From Bacteroidia bacterium (GTDB taxonomy: Bacteria; Bacteroidota; Bacteroidia; UBA4408): 64,000 nt of DNA. Positions 57,321-64,000 of the stretch are shown piece by piece; the first letter of the stretch is position 1; every line of letters begins with the position of its first letter. The stretch lies in assembly GCA_043778625.1 (NCBI GenBank), contig JAYWFU010000104.1, forward strand, positions 3,216 through 67,215, written 5' to 3'. The notes beneath the pieces were generated by a model. That model saw only the letters and a list, made by a program, of their open reading frames with translations. It made no database searches and was not told the DNA's origin. The translations under genes were made by a program, and so were the position numbers.

Positions 57321-60008
57321 TTAGTTACAAGTAATACGTGTAAACTGATGTTTCTCAAACTTATCTTTGTTTTCAATAAAATCGTGGTTATACTCGGGGC
57401 CACCCACTATGTTTTCTATTTTGTTAAACTTAATTGCTTTAGCTTTTACACCACGTGCTATTAATGCTTTAATAACAGCTACTTTGGCTTCGTTAGCACG
57501 TTTTAGTGCCAGCAAGTCGTTTGTTTTAAATGTTTTGGTAGGCACATTTGATGCTGACGAAAGTATATTTAACGTAATAGATTTATCTAATTTAATACAA
57601 GGTAATAAGGCATCAACAAAATCGTTAAATTCTTTGTCCTTTTGTGCTATATTATTTTTGTTGTACTTAAAGTATATTTCGTAGTTGGCGGTTTTATCAG
57701 CACAATTACCCACACCTGTAGTTGGTGTTTCGGTGCTTGCCACAGGCAAGTTAATTACTTTTTTGCCTGTACCTATCGTAATATATACTTTGGCTTCGTT
57801 AGATACTAATCCTTTAGCATCTTTTACGGTGTATATAAATTCATCTTCGCCTGAGTAATCTAAATTTGGCGAATATTTAATGCTACCAGTTTTAACATCA
57901 ACTTCAACATCGCCATTAGCTGGTGCTTTCACAACAGTTACTGTAGCTACATCAATAGTGCTCGCTTTAACCTTATCATTAGCTAGTATATTAATGTCAA
58001 TTGCTTTATTGATAGGCGTTTTAATTTTATCATCAATAGCTAAAATACTGTTTACAAATATAATGACTGTAGCATCGTTAGACGTTAATTTATCGCTATT
58101 TTTAAAGTTATACTTAAACGAATCTTTACCTGTAAAACCCTTGTTAGGAGTGTATTTTACTACATTAGTTTTAGGGTTTAGTTCCACCTTGCCATTAGCA
58201 GGGGCGGTTACAAATTCAACACTTTGTAATTTACCTTTCTTAATTTCGTCGTTGCTTGTTGGGTTTAACTCAATTGCAGTTTCGGGCGATGTGCTATACA
58301 CATCGTCTATTGCTAACAAATCTTTAGTTGCATTTTTGCTCTTAGGGTGCATAGGGTCAGGTTGTGTTAAATCAATTTCTTGATCAATTTCGCGGTATGA
58401 TGATTTTTTAGGCACCATAACCGTATCCGAATACGTACCATATTTACCCAAGTTGTAAGTTATGCGGTAATCTTTACCTGGAGGCATTATTATCAAAAAC
58501 TTACCTGTTTTGGTATTTACACGAGTTTCTACTTCAATAGGGTCGCCACTGTTAGCATCCGCTAAATCGATAACTGTTTTACCTAAAATATCGTTGTCTT
58601 CGCCTGGTTTAATAACACCTTTTAGTATGGTAACGTTAGCTAGATCTCTATCTACTAGGTTTAGCACATAAATATCTTTTTCGCCAAACATCTTATCAGT
58701 AGAGTTAGTGGCTACTTCCTTAGCGCTTGAGTAGTAGGCTCTACGACCATCAGCTGATACTACAAAAAACACGTCGTCGTCAGTAGAGTTAATAGGGTAA
58801 CCAATGTTTGATGGGGCAGTAAACGTTCCGTCCTCTTGTATTTCAGTTAAAAATATATCAAACCCTCCCATACTTTTGTGTCCTTTTGAAGCAAAATATA
58901 CGTGTGTTCCGTCAGGGTGAAGGAATATACCATCTTCGTCGTACTCAGTATTAATTGTTGGCCCTACGTTTGTTGCCAAGCTCCATTCGCCGTTAGGTAA
59001 TTTAGTACAACGGTATATATCACGTCCGCCTAATCCGCCGGGTCTGTCGCTTACAAAATATAAAGTTTGCCCATTAGCCGTAAGCGCGCAATGTGTTTCC
59101 CAATATTTTGAATTAATGTTTGACCCTAATTTTTGCGGTACACTCCACACATCGCCATTAAGTTCAGAGGTGTATACATCGCCATCTTTAGCACTTTGCC
59201 CACGATAAATAAATAATTGTTGTCCGTCGGCTGATAGGTTTACTACAGCATCATGGTTGGCTGTATTTACGTTACTACCAATAGGTTCAGCTTGCGACCA
59301 CACGCCATCTTCCGACTGATGCGACACGTAAATATCTTCATAAAAACGACCGTCATCTTCCTGTGCAGGGTGCTCAGGGTTTTCTCGGCGTGAAGTAAAT
59401 GTTAATGTTGATTCATCCGCCGAAATTGTTGGTGAAAAATCGCTGGCTGATGAATTTATTTTTTCGCCTAAATTTTGCACCACAATATTAACAGGAAACT
59501 GCATTAGCTCCTTAGCATTGTTACACATTTCAATTTGGCGGTCAATTTCCTTATATTCTTCTTTTTTGTTTACCTTAACACTCGCACGATAGTTAGTATA
59601 GGTTTGTATTGCCTCGTCCACACGACCATCTAGGTGGTAAGCCATGGCTAAGTATTTTAATACTGAGGTAGGCGCTTTTTTCTCTGAAGCATCAAATTCT
59701 TCATAATTCTCTGACATATTTTTACTCGCTACCTCTAACAAAGGGATAGATTTTAAACGCTCGCCTGATGATTTTAAATAACAATACCCTAACTTATAAT
59801 TTACGTTAGCATTACTATTATCAGCAGCATATAATTCTAACCATTTTTTAAGTGCGGCATCATAATTATCATACACCATATCGTAATCAGCCTCGCTAAA
59901 TTTCTTTTTAAATTCGTTGCTCGAAAGTTGCCCATACGAACTTGCAAAGCTTAGTATAGTTATGCAAGATAGTAGTAATAGGCGTACTGCTGTTTTTTTA
60001 GTAGTCAT
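57321..60008 (-). CDS. TPR + TolB-like beta-propeller + Ig/cadherin-like repeats protein with degenerate OmpA-like C-terminus (PorE paralog-like)
   Basis: 895 aa; signal peptide; TPR segment; propeller repeats (DGRFYEDIYVS..., DGQTLYFVSDRPGGLGGRDIY); beta-sandwich repeats; C-terminal NDLLALKRANEA resembles the OmpA N..LS..RA motif. Confidence 0.55.
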   Translation of the reverse strand: MTTKKTAVRLLLLSCITILSFASSYGQLSSNEFKKKFSEADYDMVYDNYDAALKKWLELYAADNSNANVNYKLGYCYLKSSGERLKSIPLLEVASKNMSENYEEFDASEKKAPTSVLKYLAMAYHLDGRVDEAIQTYTNYRASVKVNKKEEYKEIDRQIEMCNNAKELMQFPVNIVVQNLGEKINSSASDFSPTISADESTLTFTSRRENPEHPAQEDDGRFYEDIYVSHQSEDGVWSQAEPIGSNVNTANHDAVVNLSADGQQLFIYRGQSAKDGDVYTSELNGDVWSVPQKLGSNINSKYWETHCALTANGQTLYFVSDRPGGLGGRDIYRCTKLPNGEWSLATNVGPTINTEYDEDGIFLHPDGTHVYFASKGHKSMGGFDIFLTEIQEDGTFTAPSNIGYPINSTDDDVFFVVSADGRRAYYSSAKEVATNSTDKMFGEKDIYVLNLVDRDLANVTILKGVIKPGEDNDILGKTVIDLADANSGDPIEVETRVNTKTGKFLIIMPPGKDYRITYNLGKYGTYSDTVMVPKKSSYREIDQEIDLTQPDPMHPKSKNATKDLLAIDDVYSTSPETAIELNPTSNDEIKKGKLQSVEFVTAPANGKVELNPKTNVVKYTPNKGFTGKDSFKYNFKNSDKLTSNDATVIIFVNSILAIDDKIKTPINKAIDINILANDKVKASTIDVATVTVVKAPANGDVEVDVKTGSIKYSPNLDYSGEDEFIYTVKDAKGLVSNEAKVYITIGTGKKVINLPVASTETPTTGVGNCADKTANYEIYFKYNKNNIAQKDKEFNDFVDALLPCIKLDKSITLNILSSASNVPTKTFKTNDLLALKRANEAKVAVIKALIARGVKAKAIKFNKIENIVGGPEYNHDFIENKDKFEKHQFTRITCN

Positions 60009-60052
60009 TGTTGGTATTTGTTAAGTATAATGTAGTATTTTATTGTTTTTAT

Positions 60053-61363
60053 TTAAAAAGGACGATTTACATCAAACTGCTCCAAATAATCGGCAATTTT
60101 ACGTAAGAAACTTCCACCTAACGAACCATCAACCACACGATGATCATAGGATAATGAAAGAAACATTATTTGACGTACTGCTATCACATCGCCAAACTCG
60201 GTTTCCATTACTGCTGGTTTTTTGCGTATTGCACCCGTGGCTAATATAGCTACCTGTGGCTGATTAATAATCGGCGTACCCATTACGTTGCCAAAGTTAC
60301 CTACGTTGCTTATAGTAAATGTTCCGCCCTGTATTTCATCGGGCTGTAATTTATTGGCACGTGCACGTGCTGCAAAATCGTTAACGGCTTTGGTTAAACC
60401 TAGTAAGTTTTTTTGGTCGGCATTTTTTATAACTGGTACAATTAAGTTACCTGTTGGTAATGCCGCTGCCATACCTATGTTAATGTCGTTATGCTTAATA
60501 ATTCGGTTGCCATCTACTGATATATTTATCATAGGATAGTCTTTAATGGCGCGAGCTACCGCCTCTACAAATAATGGAGTAAATGTTATTTTTTCTTTCT
60601 CGCGTTTCTCAAATTCTTTTTTGTTTTTCTCTCTCCAGTTTACCATGTTGGTAACATCACATTCAACAAACGAAGTTACGTGTGGCGATGTTTGTTTGCT
60701 CATTATCATGTGGTCGGCAATTAGCTTGCGCATACGATCCATTTCAATAATTTCGTCGTTAGCACCTATCCACACATTTGATTTTGTTGGCGCAGCTTTA
60801 ACTTCAGCTATTGTGGCTGTAGTAATTGCTGGTGCAGCGTTATTATTGGCTACTGTGGCAGGTTGTGCGCCACGTTGTGGTATGTAGCCTAACACGTCAT
60901 TTTTGGTTACACGTCCGTTAGCCCCAGAGCCTTTAATAGTTTCGAGTTCTTGTAATGATAGTCCTTCGGCTTTAGCTATGTTTTTAACCAATGGCGAATA
61001 AAATTTATTGCTGTCGGCGTAATTGTTTTGTTCAGTAGTAGGGGTAACAACAGCTAGCTCAGGCGTTGTTGCCGCAACGGTTGTAGTAGTTGCAACTGGC
61101 GTGGCAGTAGTAGTTGGGACATCACCATCGCCAATTATGGCAATAACTTTACCCACTTGTACAACATCTCCCTCGTTAAATAATTTTTTAATAAGCTTGC
61201 CTGCAAACGGTGAGGGTACTTCGGTATCCACTTTATCAGTGGCTATTTCTAACACTGTTTCGTCAGTGTTAATAGTATCTCCTTCGTTTTTACTCCATTT
61301 AATAATGGTAGCTTCTGCAACGCTTTCGCCCATTTTGGGCATTATAAGTTCATGTTGAGCCAT
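60053..61363 (-). CDS. 2-oxoacid dehydrogenase E2 component (dihydrolipoamide acyltransferase)
   Basis: 436 aa; N-terminal lipoyl domain (IMPKMGESVAEATI..ATDKV); Ala/Thr/Pro linker; catalytic DHRVVDG motif. Confidence 0.85.
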   Translation of the reverse strand: MAQHELIMPKMGESVAEATIIKWSKNEGDTINTDETVLEIATDKVDTEVPSPFAGKLIKKLFNEGDVVQVGKVIAIIGDGDVPTTTATPVATTTTVAATTPELAVVTPTTEQNNYADSNKFYSPLVKNIAKAEGLSLQELETIKGSGANGRVTKNDVLGYIPQRGAQPATVANNNAAPAITTATIAEVKAAPTKSNVWIGANDEIIEMDRMRKLIADHMIMSKQTSPHVTSFVECDVTNMVNWREKNKKEFEKREKEKITFTPLFVEAVARAIKDYPMINISVDGNRIIKHNDINIGMAAALPTGNLIVPVIKNADQKNLLGLTKAVNDFAARARANKLQPDEIQGGTFTISNVGNFGNVMGTPIINQPQVAILATGAIRKKPAVMETEFGDVIAVRQIMFLSLSYDHRVVDGSLGGSFLRKIADYLEQFDVNRPF

Positions 61364-61503
61364 AATCTTTAATTATATTATTTTACTCACAAAAGTAATG
61401 TAATTATTGATATTGCAAAGTGTATAAAATTTGGGGTTTATTGCGCTAAAATTAAGGTATTAAAACATCGTTTTTAGTAGTTAAAAATTACTTTGTCCGC
61501 TGG

Positions 61504-61568
61504 CCTTGTTTCGTGTCCCCACGAAACAATTGAATACTGTTTTGTTTCATGAAGACACGAACCAAGGC
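61504..61568. promoter_or_regulatory. tandem palindromic motifs CCTTGTTTCGTG-TCCC-CACGAAACAA and GTTTCATG-AAGA-CACGAACCAAGGC upstream of the E2 gene
   Basis: Same GTTTCGTG/CACGAAAC family as 54254-54280. 140-200 nt upstream of the minus-strand gene start at 61363. Confidence 0.45.
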
Positions 61569-61601
61569 AGTAAAAATTAATGTTTGGTGTGCTAATAGTT
61601 G

Positions 61602-63041
61602 CTAATACTTAACGCATACGTTTTTAGGTTCGGTAAAAAAGTCAAATGCCTCAAAACCTCCCTCACGCCCTACCCCACTTTGTTTTACACCCCCAAATGG
61701 GGTGCGTAAGTCGCGTACCATCCAGCAATTAATCCATACAATACCTGCGTGTAAGTTACTGGCTATGCGGTGTGCGGTGGTTATGTTTTGTGTCCATACG
61801 GTAGCTGCCAAACCATATTTGGTGCTATTGGCTTTGTGTAGTGCATCAGCCTCATCATCAAACGGCTCAAGGGTAACTACTGGGCCAAATATTTCTTCTT
61901 GATTAACACGGCAAGTATGCGTAAGCCCCTCTATTACAGTAGGTTCAAGGTAATAGCCGTTGGCATATTCGCCAGCTAACAACACCCTATTGCCGCCTGT
62001 AAGTACCGTTCCGCCTTCGGTTTTAGCTAGTTCAATATATGATAGTATTTTATGTAAATGCCCCTCGCTTACTACAGCGCCGAGGTTTACGGCTTCGGTG
62101 GGTATGCCTACTTTTAGTTTGTTAACCTCAGCTACAAACAGTTCTTTAAATTTTTGATAACTGTTTTTTTGCACGTAAATTCGGCTACCGCAAAGGCATA
62201 TTTGTCCTTGGTTGGCAAATGAGGAGTGTACGCTAGTTTTAACGGCTTGTGCCATATCGCAATCGTCAAATATGATGTTGGGATTTTTGCCTCCTAATTC
62301 CAATGATAATTTTTTAAACATAGGTGCTGCTTTAGCGGCAATGTGTTTACCGGTGGCTGTACCGCCCGTAAACGATATTGCGTGCACGGCTTCGTGGCCC
62401 ACAATGGCATCGCCTACCGTATGCCCAAGCCCGTGTACAATATTTAATACGCCTGGTGGCAACCCTGCTTCAATGGCTAATTCGCTTAATAAATAAGCCG
62501 TCATAGGGGTTATTTCCGACGGCTTGGCTACCACACAATTGCCTGATGCTAAGGCAGGCGCTATTTTCCAAGTAAATAAATACAACGGTAAATTCCACGG
62601 ACTAATACACCCAACAACACCAATAGGCTGGCGCAAGGTATAGTTAATATAACCTTCCTCCATACTATGGCTATGTGCTGCGTAATGCAAAATACCCGTA
62701 GCATAAAAATTAAAATTAGCTGCGGCCCTTGGTATATCTACCGTTGATGCTAACTTTAAGGGTTTGCCGTTATCAGTACTTTCGGCTAATGCAAGCCTTG
62801 GCAAATTAAGTTCAATTAACGCCGCCAGTTTTAGTAATATTTTGCTGCGTTGTTCTTTAGGTGTGCTACTCCAGCCTTCAAATGCTTGGTGCGCTGCCGT
62901 TACGGCTAGTTCCACATCATTAGCATTGCTATTGGGTATTTGGCTATATACCTTGCCTGTGGCGGGATTGTAGCCATCAATATAGGTTTGGGTGCTGGGT
63001 TCAACTAACTGCCCATTAATATAGTTTTTTAAATAAATCAT
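61602..63041 (-). CDS. NAD(P)-dependent aldehyde dehydrogenase family protein
   Basis: 479 aa; ALDH motifs FTGGTATGKHI, ELGGKNP, catalytic Cys in ICLCGSR. Confidence 0.85.
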   Translation of the reverse strand: MIYLKNYINGQLVEPSTQTYIDGYNPATGKVYSQIPNSNANDVELAVTAAHQAFEGWSSTPKEQRSKILLKLAALIELNLPRLALAESTDNGKPLKLASTVDIPRAAANFNFYATGILHYAAHSHSMEEGYINYTLRQPIGVVGCISPWNLPLYLFTWKIAPALASGNCVVAKPSEITPMTAYLLSELAIEAGLPPGVLNIVHGLGHTVGDAIVGHEAVHAISFTGGTATGKHIAAKAAPMFKKLSLELGGKNPNIIFDDCDMAQAVKTSVHSSFANQGQICLCGSRIYVQKNSYQKFKELFVAEVNKLKVGIPTEAVNLGAVVSEGHLHKILSYIELAKTEGGTVLTGGNRVLLAGEYANGYYLEPTVIEGLTHTCRVNQEEIFGPVVTLEPFDDEADALHKANSTKYGLAATVWTQNITTAHRIASNLHAGIVWINCWMVRDLRTPFGGVKQSGVGREGGFEAFDFFTEPKNVCVKY

Positions 63042-63062
63042 AGTGTTTTTTTGGTTGAAAAA

Positions 63063-63689
63063 TTATAATTGAGTAATAATAAATTGCACCACAAAACCTA
63101 GTGCAAGCCCAGCATATACTTGTGCAGGCGTGTGTACACGTAGTACTAAGCGTGCGCTTGCAATAGTACCACACAATAAAAATGCTATGCTTAAATACAA
63201 AGGTATATACAACCCCATACGCAAACTTAGTCCTACTAGTAAGCCTGTAAAACCACCAATACCAATACTATGGGCACTTATTTTCCAAAATAAATTAATA
63301 ACCATGGCGCATAACAAGGTAACCGTGGCGCCTAATAACACATAATATAGTAGTGATGGCAGATGAAACTTGTGTAGTAAATAATAATTAAACGAGTAGG
63401 CGGTAGCCGTTACTAAATAAGGTATGCGGCGTTCGTTATAATTGGTAATATCCATGTTACTAATTACATTAAATTGGATCATAAAACCAATAATAGCTCC
63501 AGGCACAGCGCAGGTAATAAAAAAAACGAATGCTAAAATAATAGCTTGCGATTGCACAGGTAATGCTCCCGTAATGTATGTACCCAAACCAAACAATGCA
63601 GCTATGCTATAAAAAGCCATGAGCAAGGGGTGAAACACATACGAAATTATAGTAGCTAGTTTTTGCATAATTATTAAAATTGTACTCAC
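63063..63689 (-). CDS. polytopic membrane protein (possibly PAP2-like)
   Basis: 208 aa; ~6 TM segments; KISAHSIG is weakly PAP2-like. Confidence 0.4.
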   Translation of the reverse strand: MSTILIIMQKLATIISYVFHPLLMAFYSIAALFGLGTYITGALPVQSQAIILAFVFFITCAVPGAIIGFMIQFNVISNMDITNYNERRIPYLVTATAYSFNYYLLHKFHLPSLLYYVLLGATVTLLCAMVINLFWKISAHSIGIGGFTGLLVGLSLRMGLYIPLYLSIAFLLCGTIASARLVLRVHTPAQVYAGLALGFVVQFIITQL

Positions 63690-63837
63690 AAAATTAGACG
63701 TTGATATAGCGCAAAAATAGGAATAAAGTTAAGTTATTAGTACTTAAACTTAATTTGCATACAATGGCTAATTCAATTATATTTGTGAGTAATTAAACAA
63801 CACATTTTATCATCATTTTAATATACTTAAAAACACA

Positions 63838-64000
63838 ATGGCAGAAGTAGTAAGAATGCCCAAATTAAGCGATACCATGACAGATGGAGTAGTAGCTAAA
63901 TGGCACAAAAAAGTGGGCGACACAGTGAAATCAGGCGAATTATTAGCTGATATTGAAACCGACAAAGCCACTATGGAATTTGAATCGTTTCAGGACGGTG
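63838..64000 (+). CDS. lipoyl-domain protein, N-terminal part of a dihydrolipoamide acyltransferase (E2) (continues past window end)
   Basis: ATG at 63838. MAEVVRMPKLSDTMTDGVVAKWHKKVGDTVKSGELLADIETDKATMEFESF is a canonical lipoyl domain. Truncated by the window, so absent from the ORF track. Confidence 0.7.
   Translation, partial: MAEVVRMPKLSDTMTDGVVAKWHKKVGDTVKSGELLADIETDKATMEFESFQDG

Noticed and set aside
1-64000. CRISPR array
   Set aside because: No short direct repeats with regular unique spacers were seen. The only multi-copy repeats are the 170 bp MITE-like elements and the hairpin families.

Overview
This looks like an AT-rich Bacteroidetes (Flavobacteriia/Sphingobacteriia-like) chromosomal segment. 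The phylum call rests on Bacteroidetes-style gene order, T9SS C-terminal sorting domains, a PorE-like gene and a TAnnTTTG -7 box. The core of the window (5.7-23.8 kb, minus strand) is an uninterrupted str-S10-spc-alpha ribosomal superoperon: rpsL-rpsG-fusA-rpsJ-rplCDWB-rpsS-rplV-rpsC-rplP-rpmC-rpsQ-rplNXE-rpsNH-rplFR-rpsE-rpmD-rplO-secY-map-infA-rpmJ-rpsMKD-rpoA-rplQ. The small genes rpmJ and rpmD are missing from the ORF track and were recovered by hand. Accessory DNA flanks this core on both sides. (1) An Rhs/YD-repeat toxin fragment with an alpha/beta-hydrolase-like C-terminal tip and an adjacent membrane immunity-like gene sits immediately downstream of rplQ. (2) A roughly 175 bp MITE-like repeat with 17 bp terminal inverted repeats occurs in at least 4 full or partial copies. 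These copies exactly fill the gaps between small cassette-like genes, both beside the Rhs locus and beside tRNA-Arg. (3) Four or five proteins carry T9SS C-terminal sorting domains, and there are a PorE-like TPR/beta-propeller/OmpA gene, glycosyltransferases and wecB. (4) An unannotated RNase P RNA (rnpB) and a tRNA-Arg(ACG) are present. (5) A 1430 aa tail-fiber-like protein carries a C-terminal peptidase-S74 intramolecular chaperone domain. It is followed by two tandem, partly homogenised PD-(D/E)XK-like paralogs, each preceded by a conserved long hairpin, and by a decayed 3' remnant of a second fiber gene. (6) Two small GC-rich repeat or operator-like families recur 5' of accessory genes: CCCCTCC..GGAGGGG hairpins, and a GTTTCGTG-N4/5-CACGAAAC palindrome. 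Other genes: nadC, DUF2779 nuclease-like, bactofilin, AtpZ-like, DUF1697, M61 peptidase, 2-oxoacid dehydrogenase E2, aldehyde dehydrogenase, CcmC/CcmD-like. No CRISPR array, integrase or transposase was seen.
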